From the IMG/VR virus record IMGVR_UViG_3300046507_000773, positions 62,001-126,000 of that record: 64,000 nucleotides of DNA; one strand, 5' to 3'. Positions 17,979 through 28,167 of the stretch are shown here, piece by piece (position 1 is the first letter of the stretch; the number at the start of each line of letters is the position of its first letter). The notes below the pieces were generated by a model. The model had not been told where the DNA came from. It ran no database searches and saw only the letters and a list, made by a program, of their open reading frames with translations. The translations under genes and the position numbers were made by a program.

Positions 17979-20147
17979 TTATGACGCATTGGTCACATCC
18001 ACCAAGCGCACTGCACGCACAGTCAAGGCCGTAGTCTTGTCGGTGAGCACCGGTGCTGCCGTACCGCCAAAGGCAAATGCATAACCTTGGTAGTAGTAGT
18101 TGGTGTAGTAATGCGTGACAGTTGGCGTGTAGCCCGAGATGTACGTGTCGTTGACCAGCACACCGCAGGTCCAGCTTGCACTCCAGTAGCCGATGCGGGT
18201 GTCGCCAATCGAGTTGCCTGATGGGCTGAAGCTTGGACCATCCACATTATTCGGACCAGTCTGTCCCGAGCCACACTTGACGTAACCGTTATAGTTGACC
18301 GATTCACCGGTCGGACCATAGTCAAACGAGTGAGACTGCTCCTGGTAGTAGGTATCCGTCTCGTAGATCGGATCGCCACCAGTGGTATAACTGCCTTGCG
18401 TCGTGTAGTCGGATGTCGTCGAGGACCAGTAGTTTGCAGCCGTCGAGAACGATTCCGTACCACTGGACGAGAACGCAGTCGGGACACCAGGCGCACTTGA
18501 ACGCAGATTGGTCCGCACCACAGCCAGCACATCTTTCGACGGCACTTGCCAGTCGGTGTAACCTGCGATGTTCAAACCGCGCACAAATGTCGCTGCTGCA
18601 CTTGCGTTCGTACCGACGAGTGCTGCCAGGCCGTTGGTGTCAGCAATCGAATCGTAGGTCGACACGGACCCCGGCGTTGCCACGAGAGCACCTGCCAGTT
18701 TGGTTGCGGTCTTCTCACCCAATGCCTTCGGTGCCACAATGATCGAATACGTACGACCACCGTAAGTGATGTCACCACCCCAGTAACCACCCTGGAAGAG
18801 TTGACCCATCACCGTCGGACGAAGCGGCCAGATAGCGTAGAACGAAGCGCCAGTGGACCAAGCAGAGTAACCGTACTTGGTTGCTTTGTAGCGAGCACGT
18901 GGATAGAACGTGTTTAAACGCGTCAGGACGCCTTTCGGCACCTTGATTGAGGTCTTGTTGGTCGTGTTGCCAACGGACGTCCACACGAGCGTTCCTGTGC
19001 CATTTGGACCCGACCAGATTTCCCAGTCAGTGCTCTGATGCGTATCCACGTCGCCCACCACCTGGAACGTTGTAGCGGTCAGCGTCGGTTCTTCGGTATC
19101 GGTATTCGCACCGCCCGTTGGGGCAGTGATGATCGGAGCCGTCACACTCACAGCCATGGTGGTGAAAGTGGTCGGGGTGGACCAGTTCGTGACGTTACCG
19201 AATTCATCCGTGTACCGGCAGCGCCAATAGTAGATCTTGGCCGATTCCAACACGTCGCCGTAGTGGAACGAATTGACGTTACCGGTCAAGGTCACATCAA
19301 TTGCTGGGGTGTCAGAGAAGTCGACAGTCTTGGATACCTGGAACTGCAGGCCGGCTTGACCCTGGCGATACAGTGCGTAGAACGCACCGGCTTGCAAGGT
19401 GACATCGAGGGCCACGTCTTTCTGACCGTTGCCAGGCATCACATTGCTGGGAGTACGCAAGGGGGCGATGTACTTGCCGATGTCCACAGTCTTTACGTAC
19501 TGTGGGTGAGCATCTTGGTTTGCGTTGTGCGCTGCCAAAAGGCCTGCCATCGTAGCGGCGCCGTTTTCACTCAGGCTAGCCAGTTCCGAATCCACGAACG
19601 AGTACAACGAGTCGGCACTGATGCGCACAGACAACTGGTGCAACATCCGAAGCCGCTCCATCCCTTGAGCCAGACCATCGAAGTTGTAGAAGTCGCCGAT
19701 GTCGTGGAAGTGCATGCTCGGCGTGAATTCATCCGGGATGCCATCCACATTACCGTACAGCACCGAACGGTTATCGTTCGAGATGCGGGAAGACAGCTGT
19801 ACGACGTCTTCGGAGTGGTTCATGTAAGCACCACCCACGGCTTGGTAAGTCAGGTTCACCGTGTCACTTACCGCAGGGTTCGTAATCACGATGACGCCAT
19901 AAACACCTTTACCGGTGCGCTTGGTAACCATTTGTCGCAGCGAGTCGAAGATGTAGTCCTTACCATGTTCGAGTGGCTTTAACGAATAAGCGTCTTGCAG
20001 CACAACAGTGTCACCGTAGAAGGCACCGTACTTGGGTACGATGGTTCGGCGGTTCTTTGTGTCGAGTTTGCAGACTTCACCAGGCACCCGGTTGTTCCTG
20101 TCCTTACCCGTAGGGTCGAACTGGAAGCGAACAATCGGAGGGGCCAT
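17979..20147 (-). CDS. Tail fibre / receptor-binding protein paralog 2 (large insert in tip)
   Basis: FQFDPTG, AHPQY, 2 FN3-like repeats, GGYWGG, GYTDWQVPS, YWSST and VRAVRLV. Confidence 0.8.
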   Translation of the reverse strand: MAPPIVRFQFDPTGKDRNNRVPGEVCKLDTKNRRTIVPKYGAFYGDTVVLQDAYSLKPLEHGKDYIFDSLRQMVTKRTGKGVYGVIVITNPAVSDTVNLTYQAVGGAYMNHSEDVVQLSSRISNDNRSVLYGNVDGIPDEFTPSMHFHDIGDFYNFDGLAQGMERLRMLHQLSVRISADSLYSFVDSELASLSENGAATMAGLLAAHNANQDAHPQYVKTVDIGKYIAPLRTPSNVMPGNGQKDVALDVTLQAGAFYALYRQGQAGLQFQVSKTVDFSDTPAIDVTLTGNVNSFHYGDVLESAKIYYWRCRYTDEFGNVTNWSTPTTFTTMAVSVTAPIITAPTGGANTDTEEPTLTATTFQVVGDVDTHQSTDWEIWSGPNGTGTLVWTSVGNTTNKTSIKVPKGVLTRLNTFYPRARYKATKYGYSAWSTGASFYAIWPLRPTVMGQLFQGGYWGGDITYGGRTYSIIVAPKALGEKTATKLAGALVATPGSVSTYDSIADTNGLAALVGTNASAAATFVRGLNIAGYTDWQVPSKDVLAVVRTNLRSSAPGVPTAFSSSGTESFSTAANYWSSTTSDYTTQGSYTTGGDPIYETDTYYQEQSHSFDYGPTGESVNYNGYVKCGSGQTGPNNVDGPSFSPSGNSIGDTRIGYWSASWTCGVLVNDTYISGYTPTVTHYYTNYYYQGYAFAFGGTAAPVLTDKTTALTVRAVRLVDVTNAS

Positions 20148-20231
20148 TTAGTTGCTCCGTAAAAGGAAATTAAAGGGTTGACGTAATAACTGCCCGTAGC
20201 AGCCCATGTCGGACCGCTACGGGCAGACGGA

Positions 20232-20876
20232 TTAGCTAGGCCAACCGGTGGTGACGTCGTAAGCGTTGATTTCGTCGACAGTCTTCATGCGCGAGATGTT
20301 GACCGAGTGCTGGGACTCGACTGCGAAGCACTGCTGCACATGGGTCGCCATCTGGAAACCGACGAGTTTCAGTTCTTCGTAGTTCAGGGTCATGAACAGC
20401 CCCGGCGCCGCTTTGAACTGCACCGACTGGATGGACGGATAACGTTCCATGTTGGTCAGGGCAGCGTTGACGCGATCCTGGTCATCCTTTTCTGCCGGGA
20501 AGTACAGCGTACCCTGGAGCACTTGCGTACCCAGGTGACCACTGAAGCCGACGCCTTTCGCTTCGCTCTTTTGACGAGCCAGTTTCAGGTCGTCGTATTT
20601 CTTGTTGCGAGCGATCGTGACGCGGGTCGACATCTCGGCAGCGCGCGCTTCGATGTACTGAACCTGGGTCAGCACTTCCAGAATGCCATGCGTCGTACCC
20701 GGTACGCCGTCGTCGCAGGTGCCGTAGAAGATCGGCTGTTCGGTCGGGTATTGGGATTCGAGTGCGAACCCGAATTGCAGACCAGGGATGTCCGGATTCT
20801 TCGGACCGTGCTTCGACGCTTCGGTCGTGACGGGAATACCGGTCACGGAGTCGATGTAAGTGAAACGGATGAACAT
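20232..20876 (-). CDS. Tail fibre assembly/chaperone-like protein (DUF4376-like C-terminus)
   Basis: C-terminal HVQQCFAVE...INAYDVTTGWP pattern; lies within the fibre cluster. Confidence 0.6.
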   Translation of the reverse strand: MFIRFTYIDSVTGIPVTTEASKHGPKNPDIPGLQFGFALESQYPTEQPIFYGTCDDGVPGTTHGILEVLTQVQYIEARAAEMSTRVTIARNKKYDDLKLARQKSEAKGVGFSGHLGTQVLQGTLYFPAEKDDQDRVNAALTNMERYPSIQSVQFKAAPGLFMTLNYEELKLVGFQMATHVQQCFAVESQHSVNISRMKTVDEINAYDVTTGWPS

Positions 20877-20884
20877 GTTTTTCC

Positions 20885-23203
20885 TTAGGAAGAAATTTTA
20901 ACGCGACGGATTGCACGGACACGAGCAACAGTGTCAGTCACCGAAATCGGACCAGTACCAGCTTGCGTATCGGTATCCACCTTGCGCATGGCCATGCACT
21001 GCTTCTGACCATTCGAGATAATCGAAGAGCTGTAGTAGAAGTTGTCCCCGAACGCTTCGGTGCCTCCCGACATGAACTGGGTCACGGTCGTCTGGGCTGG
21101 ATTGACGGCGGTATAGTTACCCGTCGTCGGAACCGAAATCGTGTTCTGACCGAAATTGGTGTAGTTCAGGTCATTCGTGGGCTTGAGGTTGCGGTAAAGC
21201 ATCTCGAGTTCCATGATCGACGGAATGTACCAATCGCTGTAACCGCCGATGGTCAGGGATTTCGCCCAGGCTGCAGCTTGACCCGAAGTAGCAAGCGTGT
21301 TAGCGCGGCCATCGGTTTGGCTGTTCGGCGTCGTGCTTCCCCATTCCTTCAGGTTTTCACCCGAAGACTTAGGCGAGATGATCAGAGCGAACGTTGCCAG
21401 CTGACCAGTTGCCGGATCGGTCTGCGTCATGCGACCAACGTAGTAGCCACCTTGGTAAGGCGTACCGGGAACGGTCGGCAGGAATGCTGCTGCCGTCGTG
21501 AACTGCACATCGTTCGACCACTGGGAAGCACCCAGGTTAGTACCGTTGTGACGAACACGCGTGTAGTACGTCGTGCTGACGGCCAGGCGACCAGTCGGGA
21601 CAGCGATTGCCGTCTTGTTCTGGGTATCGCCGATCGAAGCGTAGACGCGAGTGCCTGTGCCGTTCGGGCCAGTCCAGATTTCCCAGTCGGCCGATGCTTG
21701 CGTATCGGTTGCACCAGTCACTGCAAAGGCGCTCGACTTGATCGTCATGCCGTCCTGGATGTTGATGTCACCATCTGCCGGAGACGTTACCGAAGGTTTC
21801 GTCACCACACCAGTCGTCGTGAAGACAGCATCGTTCGACCAGGCCGAAGCACCTGCACCGGCTGCGTTATGACGAACGCGAGCGTAGTACGTGATGTTCG
21901 GATTCAAGACACCAGCTGCAACCTGGTAGCTGGTCTTGGCACTGGTGGAACCTGCCACGTTCAGAACACGTTGACCCGTGCCACCAGGTCCGGTCCAGAT
22001 TTCCCAGTCCGAAGAAGCATGGGTATCCGAACCGCCCGTCACACCGAAAGCGGTGGAAGCCAGGTTTGGCGCTGTCGAGATGTTCGTCGAGCCATTGGCA
22101 GGGGACGTCATCGTCGGTTGGTTCACGATGATGGAACCCGTCGAGAATGCAGTCGGGACCGACCAGTCGGACCAGGTGCCTTCCGAATCGCGGAAGCGGC
22201 AACGCCAGAAGTACGCGACGTTGGCAGCGAGAAGGCCCGTGGTCACAGCGAACGAACTCACAGCACCCAGGGTACCGGAGTCGACGACGATGTTGGCCGA
22301 GAAGTCCTGGTTACGGGACACTTGAAATTGTGCGCCGTTTTGTGCCAGGCCGTACAGCGTGTAATACGGACTTGCAGTCAGCGTCGTGGTTTGGCTCACG
22401 TTGGTAGCTGCAGCAGCTGGGGTTACGTTCTTCGGTTGACGAACAGCGCCGACAGCGGTGTTGATCAAGAGACGCGCACGCTCGGCCGTCAGGTACTGGC
22501 TGTGTGGATCTTGGGCGCCCAGGTGGTTCGTGATGGCAGTTGCCACCGTATCGGTAGCCATCTGCTGCGCTTGTGCTTTGGTCGGGGCACCAGTTTGCTG
22601 TGCAGTGACGCGGTGCGGATTGCTGAAGTCGTTCAGGTGGGACGCGAGGTCATCGTTGCTCTTTTGCGAGATGGCCACTTCGATGCTCTGAATACCGGCC
22701 GTCACCTCCTTCATGCCGGTCAGATCGTCGGTATCGTGACTGTGGTCAGCCGACGGGAAAGAAGCAGGCAGGTTCACTACACGGTCCCAGGAGGTAACAC
22801 GGGGGTTGTGTACCTTGTCGGACATGACCTTCGTCCAGGCTGCTTCGTTCAGCGCCCATTGACCGCCCACACACTGATAGCTCAGGGTCACGATGCCTTG
22901 CAGCGCCGTATTGAGGAAGGTGATCGAACCGAAGATGTCGGCAGCAGTTGCGAGTGATGCATCGATGAAACGATGCGAGAACGCGAAGTCCTGGCCGAGC
23001 ACCAGGGGGCGCACGGTACCATCAGTCGTCTTGATCGACGCCGTGAAGCCATTCGCATAGAAAGGAGCGAAGAACGGCACGACGAAATTGAATTGCGTAT
23101 AGTCAGCAGGCAAAACGATTTGCTGCTCACCAATGACCTTGTTGGAAACCGCAGTACCCGTGGTGTCTTCAGGGTAAGTAGCGGTGGGGAAAACAGTTGA
23201 CAT
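20885..23203 (-). CDS. Tail fibre / receptor-binding protein paralog 1 (3 FN3-like repeats, no insert)
   Basis: YPEDTTG, NPHRVTAQQ, DPHSQY, three FN3-like repeats, GGYYVG, GYSDWYIPSIMELE and VRAIRRV. Confidence 0.8.
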   Translation of the reverse strand: MSTVFPTATYPEDTTGTAVSNKVIGEQQIVLPADYTQFNFVVPFFAPFYANGFTASIKTTDGTVRPLVLGQDFAFSHRFIDASLATAADIFGSITFLNTALQGIVTLSYQCVGGQWALNEAAWTKVMSDKVHNPRVTSWDRVVNLPASFPSADHSHDTDDLTGMKEVTAGIQSIEVAISQKSNDDLASHLNDFSNPHRVTAQQTGAPTKAQAQQMATDTVATAITNHLGAQDPHSQYLTAERARLLINTAVGAVRQPKNVTPAAAATNVSQTTTLTASPYYTLYGLAQNGAQFQVSRNQDFSANIVVDSGTLGAVSSFAVTTGLLAANVAYFWRCRFRDSEGTWSDWSVPTAFSTGSIIVNQPTMTSPANGSTNISTAPNLASTAFGVTGGSDTHASSDWEIWTGPGGTGQRVLNVAGSTSAKTSYQVAAGVLNPNITYYARVRHNAAGAGASAWSNDAVFTTTGVVTKPSVTSPADGDINIQDGMTIKSSAFAVTGATDTQASADWEIWTGPNGTGTRVYASIGDTQNKTAIAVPTGRLAVSTTYYTRVRHNGTNLGASQWSNDVQFTTAAAFLPTVPGTPYQGGYYVGRMTQTDPATGQLATFALIISPKSSGENLKEWGSTTPNSQTDGRANTLATSGQAAAWAKSLTIGGYSDWYIPSIMELEMLYRNLKPTNDLNYTNFGQNTISVPTTGNYTAVNPAQTTVTQFMSGGTEAFGDNFYYSSSIISNGQKQCMAMRKVDTDTQAGTGPISVTDTVARVRAIRRVKISS

Positions 23204-23297
23204 CTACATGCCCTCCGGGGGGTTTCAGTATGTTATAGATTCGGACCAGACCGACTATAATATTTAAGATTTACTCACTTGAAGGGGGATTTCCCTT

Positions 23298-24542
23298 ATG
23301 TACAGCCTTGTTTCTGCCATTGCGAAGAATATCGACGACGATACTCGCTGGCACAATGTGAATATCGGGGACGTATCTCTCCACGACATCTTCGCAAGTT
23401 ACAGCAAAATCACGGCAACTTTGTCGAACCAATACCTGGATCACAACGTCAGCTACGACTTAGAGCAGATCCGCGTTCAGTACGCTGGCTCGACCAAAAC
23501 GTTTAACCAGTTCCTGGCAGACAATGGTGGTCAAGCCTTGGTAACTTCGGAAGAACTGCCGGTCATCAATACCCGTTACGTCAAGTACGCAGACGCCGTC
23601 CATGCCAAATTCAAGATGACGCCGATGGTGCCTGGCCTGTCGCCAGACGCCGTCATGCCGCCTTCGGACAAAACCTGGCTTCACGTCAAAAAGAAAACGT
23701 CTCAGGCATTTGACTACCACCTGATGTACAAGAGCGTGCTGGCAGTCGTCAATGGCTTCATCCATGCAACCGACGCAGACGACAATGCGTTCTACGTGCA
23801 GGAAGGGGACAAGTCCCGTCAACTGTCGGGCAGTAACATGCTGGGCTTCATGAGCTTCCGTGAAATCGGTGAGCTCTCGTTCATCCCGATCAAGCCGGAG
23901 ATGGTCTACAAACAAAACCCGGCGCAGCAATACCGTTACCAGTGTTTCGTCGACACCGGGGTGGACGTCTCGGAAAAGACGGTGATGCTGGTGTTGGGTG
24001 GCTACTTGCACGTATTGGACGAGGATTCGTTCTTCCGTGTCTCGGACTCGGCCTTCTGCATCAACTTCAACAAGATCCCGCTGATCTACCGTTACTACGA
24101 ATCGAAGAAGTACATCGATCTGTCGTCGATGAAGATCGAAACGAGTTCGTTTAACGAAGAACAGATCGGCATTGCTGAGCTCTTCGGCGACGATGCCATT
24201 CTGGCTTACGTAACGCTCTCCCAGAGCTTTATCGTGGTCTTGGACAACCCGGACATCTTCCTCGACAAACTACCGCTTAAAACGGCTCCTAGCAACGGCA
24301 GCTTCGTCACTGCGGAAACGCCGATCTATCCGATGATCGCCGGGGTGGGCAAACTCGTGAACTACTGGTATCGCTGCGAAGCGGGTCTTTGCGCCATCCA
24401 GGGACACGACACCAACGTGCCGCACTATCTGTTCAGCACGGCCAAGCCCTTGCAACAACGTAGCATTTCGGATTCGGTGGACAGTGAACTGCCGGAATAC
24501 CGTTCCCATGCTTACTTCATGAAACTGGGTACCGACCTGTAA
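23298..24542 (+). CDS. Virion structural protein (phiKZ gp162/163-like)
   Basis: Motifs VVNGFIH, LVLGGYLH and LSQSFIV; synteny with the spike and SbcC genes. Confidence 0.55.
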   Translation: MYSLVSAIAKNIDDDTRWHNVNIGDVSLHDIFASYSKITATLSNQYLDHNVSYDLEQIRVQYAGSTKTFNQFLADNGGQALVTSEELPVINTRYVKYADAVHAKFKMTPMVPGLSPDAVMPPSDKTWLHVKKKTSQAFDYHLMYKSVLAVVNGFIHATDADDNAFYVQEGDKSRQLSGSNMLGFMSFREIGELSFIPIKPEMVYKQNPAQQYRYQCFVDTGVDVSEKTVMLVLGGYLHVLDEDSFFRVSDSAFCINFNKIPLIYRYYESKKYIDLSSMKIETSSFNEEQIGIAELFGDDAILAYVTLSQSFIVVLDNPDIFLDKLPLKTAPSNGSFVTAETPIYPMIAGVGKLVNYWYRCEAGLCAIQGHDTNVPHYLFSTAKPLQQRSISDSVDSELPEYRSHAYFMKLGTDL

Positions 24543-24545
24543 AGG

Positions 24546-24587
24546 CGGCATACGGCCCCACCCTTTTGGGGTGGGGCTTTATGACCG
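24546..24587. terminator. Bidirectional terminator, GCATA/TTTATG family
   Basis: CGGCATAC-GGCCCCACCC TTTTG GGGTGGGGC-TTTATGACCG between convergent genes. Confidence 0.8.
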
Positions 24588-25550
24588 TTACACGTTCGGA
24601 GCCTGAATCGGTTGGTCCGATACAACCTTTTGGGCATGCAGGGTGTTACCGACACTGACGCCTTTCGTGACGTCCACGTCAGCACCAAAAGTCGCCTTAC
24701 CAGAACCGCCACCGCCCGCTGCTGTCGTCATGTTGCCTTGCAGCGCCAGCATGCCAATTTCAGTGAGATCACCTTGGTGTTGCGTTTTCGATTCGATCGT
24801 CCAGGTATCGTTCTTGGTCGTCATGGTCGAGGTCGCCGTATTGATCTGCTCAGTACCATGCATGTTGATGACCTTGGATTCCATGCTGATCTCGTCGGCA
24901 GCGAAGAGGCGCATCTTTGTTTTCGTAATCTCCACGATCGAGCCATCGGCGTTCTTCATTTCCAGATGGTTCTCTTTCGAGTCCATGCTGATGTAGTTAC
25001 CGATGTTGTCCTTGATCACGACATTGCCGTCGCCACCATTGATCTGAAAGTCGTACGAATACGCTTCCCCATTGGCTTGCGAGGTGTGCAGCGTGATTGC
25101 CTTCTTGTGACTGGACAGTTCCAGGAAGTAAGTGTTCTCAGCCGTGGGCTTGACGTCTTCATCCGGGCAACCCGAGATCGCCAGGATCATGGTTTCCAGA
25201 CGGCGCAGGCTGATGTCACCGATGTCGGTCCAGTAAAGGTTATCCGTGTCGTCAGCGAACTGGAAAACCATCACGGGTTCACCGCGACGTACATCCGGGG
25301 GCAAGAACCGGTTCGAGTTACCGAAGGGCAGCCAAGTGGCCGACAAGGTAATCGTGGTATCGGCTTTGAGTTTGAACTTGCCGCCTAAGGAATCCTCACC
25401 TTCTGCTTCGTAGGTTTGGACGTCATCCGTGATCTCGCCATCGGCTCCCGTTGAAACCTCTGCGGGCCAGAATTCGATACGGATACTGTCGAGTGCTTTG
25501 TTTGCGGCGACCTTTCCGTACGAATAAAAGTGGAACTTAGAAACGTTCAT
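24588..25550 (-). CDS. Baseplate central spike (gp5/gpV-like; phiKZ gp164-like)
   Basis: OB-fold motif ATWLP..SNR..PPDVRRGEPV followed by beta-helix-like repeats. Confidence 0.7.
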   Translation of the reverse strand: MNVSKFHFYSYGKVAANKALDSIRIEFWPAEVSTGADGEITDDVQTYEAEGEDSLGGKFKLKADTTITLSATWLPFGNSNRFLPPDVRRGEPVMVFQFADDTDNLYWTDIGDISLRRLETMILAISGCPDEDVKPTAENTYFLELSSHKKAITLHTSQANGEAYSYDFQINGGDGNVVIKDNIGNYISMDSKENHLEMKNADGSIVEITKTKMRLFAADEISMESKVINMHGTEQINTATSTMTTKNDTWTIESKTQHQGDLTEIGMLALQGNMTTAAGGGGSGKATFGADVDVTKGVSVGNTLHAQKVVSDQPIQAPNV

Positions 25551-25612
25551 AACTTTCCTTGTTTAAATTTATCAAGCCATCTCATGTTCTGTACAGATTA
25601 CAAGGTGGCATT

Positions 25613-28159
25613 ATGAAACTCTTGTCAGCGAGGCTGAAGAAATACAATCGGATGAATTTGAATGACATCGAGTTGTTTGCGATTACGCCAACCGAACTCA
25701 TTCAATTGATCCTGGGTACCAATGGCAGCGGCAAGTCCTCCCTGATGGGTGAGTTGACGCCTTTGCCACCAGACGGGGCCGACTTCTATAAAGATGGCGG
25801 CATGGAGAAAGAATTTTCGCACAATGGAAGTCACTACCGGGTGGTCAGTGAATTTCCGAACAAAGCCGGTAAGCACTGGTTCATCAAAGATGGCGTTGTG
25901 TTAAACGATGGCGGCACTGCATCGGTACAGCGTGAGCTCGTGTTTCAAGAGTTCAACATCACGCCAGAGATCCGTGACCTCATCTTGGGTCGTGAGCGTT
26001 TCACTGACATGGGTCCGTCCCGTCGTCGTGAGTGGTTGACTGTTCTGTCGGACAGCAACTACGATTACGCCATCGCTTTGTTCGATCGTTTGAAGGTGGC
26101 TCTTCGTGATACCAAGGGAGCGTTAAAACGCGCTAAGGAAGACTTGGTCAATGAGCGTAACAAACTCATGACTGAGGCCGAACAAAAGCGCCTACGGGAC
26201 GATATCGACGCTCTGCACCGGGAATACAACATCTTGCTGGAGAACCGTGCTCCGCTGGACAAACCAGTTGACCACTATCTCACTAAGCAAGACCAGATGC
26301 TGGCCCTCTTGGCTGAAACGAGCGAGCGTCTCTTGCGTCAACGTTTGATGCTGCCATTTGGTCGCAATCCACTGCGTCCTGGTGAGCGTAACGAATGGGG
26401 CGAGATCGAGCGTCCTTACTTCGAGAGCTTGCAAGAGATCGACGAAGCAACGGACTACCTGCGTTTGCAAGTGGCGCAAAAGGAAGCCCTCGTCAACAAA
26501 GCCATGGCGGACCACAAGAAACATGAGCAAGCCATGGACCTGCTTCGTAAGACCGGCGCTGAAGGGATGGAGCAACTTCAGAACAAGATGATGTTGGCCC
26601 GTAACCGTCGTGATGAGTTCCTCTCTAAGCGTAAGCTGAAACTGGAAGGCATCAGTGGTTCGGTCGGTCTTTATTCGCTGGACTCCACGCAAGAGAGCCT
26701 GATCGAAATCTTCTCGTCCATTCCGATTAACGATGAGCGTCGCTATGGTCAGCAGCAAATGCTCACCTTGCAAGAGAAGGTGCTGGAGCTCAAAGGGCAA
26801 AAGCAAGAACTCACGCAAGAGCTGGCTCGTAAGAACGCCGCTAAGCAGCACATGGAGCAGCACAAGGCCGATGGCGAGACGACCTGTCCGAAGTGCTCCC
26901 ACGTTTGGCACCAGGGTTACGATCCTGTGCGTTATGCCCGAGTGATGGAACTCATCGGTGAAATCGAAGTGAAGGTCGCTAAGATCGACGCCGAGATTCG
27001 TACCAGTGACGAAGAGATCGAAGCCAACCGCACCTACGGCAACTACTACCGTGCATTCATCCAACTGACCCGCAGCTGGCAAGTGTTGCAACCGCTTTGG
27101 GACTACTTGCTTGACAACGAGTACGTCACCAAAAACCCACGCTTTGTATTGCAGGTGTTGGAAACGTTCCGCTTTGATTTGGATTGCACGATTGAAGCGG
27201 ACAAGGCGGACAAGGAAATCGAAGAGATCAAGGCGTTCATTGCTCGGGCTGAAGAGTCGGGCGATACCAGCATTGGTGAAACGCAGAAGCACCTGGACGA
27301 AACCGAAGCGAACATCGAAGAGTACACGGCCTTTATCGTTGAGACCAAAAAGACGATTGGCAAGTACACTTACTTCCGGGGCCAACTGGAAGAAATGATG
27401 AAGCTCTCGGAGCGCGTCAAAGAGCTTCGCCGTCAAACGCAGGATGCCACTGAAGAAGCAGTAGAGATGCTGCGCCGTGAGTCGATCATCCTTTGCACCC
27501 GTCAAGTGCAAACGGCTTTGGCACGTAAGGAAGAGACGCTTGGCTACGTGGATTTACAGCGTGCCATTATCGAGAACCTGGAATCGAACATCCATAAGCT
27601 CGAAGAAGAGCAAGTGGTGCTCGAACACATGGTTCGAGAAATGAGCCCAACCGAAGGTATCATTGCTGAGGGGTTGATGGGGTTCATTCGTGTCTTTACG
27701 AGCCAGATGAATGCGCTCATCAAGAAGATCTGGACGTACCCGCTGATGATGGGTGCTTGCGGCCAAGGTGGTATGCATGGGGCAGAACTTGACTACCAGT
27801 TTCCACTCATGGTGCAAACGAAAGAAAAGTCGCGCAAAGATGTGTCGAAAGGTTCTACGGCGCAAAAGGAAATCATTGACGTCGTGTTCCGTGTGGTGGC
27901 AATGGAATACTTGGGAATGTCCGAGTGGCCATTGTTCTTGGATGAGTTCGCAGCAAGCTTTGATGAAGTGCACAGGAACAGTGCCATGCAGGTCATCAAG
28001 AATCTGATGGAACAAAAACCATTCACTCAATTATTTATGGTATCACACTACGAGGCAAGCTATGGTGCATTGACGCATGCCGAGGTTTGTGTGCTTTGTC
28101 CCGCTAACATTACCATTCCACCATCTTTGACGTACAACAAACACGTCGTTATTTCGTAA
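25613..28159 (+). CDS. sbcC: SbcC/Rad50-like SMC ATPase
   Basis: Walker A GTNGSGKS, coiled coils, zinc hook CPKC, signature-like SKGSTAQKE, Walker B LFLDE and H-loop VSH. Confidence 0.88.
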   Translation: MKLLSARLKKYNRMNLNDIELFAITPTELIQLILGTNGSGKSSLMGELTPLPPDGADFYKDGGMEKEFSHNGSHYRVVSEFPNKAGKHWFIKDGVVLNDGGTASVQRELVFQEFNITPEIRDLILGRERFTDMGPSRRREWLTVLSDSNYDYAIALFDRLKVALRDTKGALKRAKEDLVNERNKLMTEAEQKRLRDDIDALHREYNILLENRAPLDKPVDHYLTKQDQMLALLAETSERLLRQRLMLPFGRNPLRPGERNEWGEIERPYFESLQEIDEATDYLRLQVAQKEALVNKAMADHKKHEQAMDLLRKTGAEGMEQLQNKMMLARNRRDEFLSKRKLKLEGISGSVGLYSLDSTQESLIEIFSSIPINDERRYGQQQMLTLQEKVLELKGQKQELTQELARKNAAKQHMEQHKADGETTCPKCSHVWHQGYDPVRYARVMELIGEIEVKVAKIDAEIRTSDEEIEANRTYGNYYRAFIQLTRSWQVLQPLWDYLLDNEYVTKNPRFVLQVLETFRFDLDCTIEADKADKEIEEIKAFIARAEESGDTSIGETQKHLDETEANIEEYTAFIVETKKTIGKYTYFRGQLEEMMKLSERVKELRRQTQDATEEAVEMLRRESIILCTRQVQTALARKEETLGYVDLQRAIIENLESNIHKLEEEQVVLEHMVREMSPTEGIIAEGLMGFIRVFTSQMNALIKKIWTYPLMMGACGQGGMHGAELDYQFPLMVQTKEKSRKDVSKGSTAQKEIIDVVFRVVAMEYLGMSEWPLFLDEFAASFDEVHRNSAMQVIKNLMEQKPFTQLFMVSHYEASYGALTHAEVCVLCPANITIPPSLTYNKHVVIS

Positions 28160-28167
28160 GGGAAATC

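Noticed and set aside
20190-20226. 11-bp inverted repeat between fibre genes as an inversion/recombinase site
   Set aside because: It is a single local hairpin with no partner site or recombinase nearby; more likely an mRNA stability or termination element.
13953-23203. Diversity-generating retroelement targeting the CLec tips
   Set aside because: No reverse transcriptase and no template/variable repeat pair differing at adenines is visible in the window. A remote DGR cannot be excluded.
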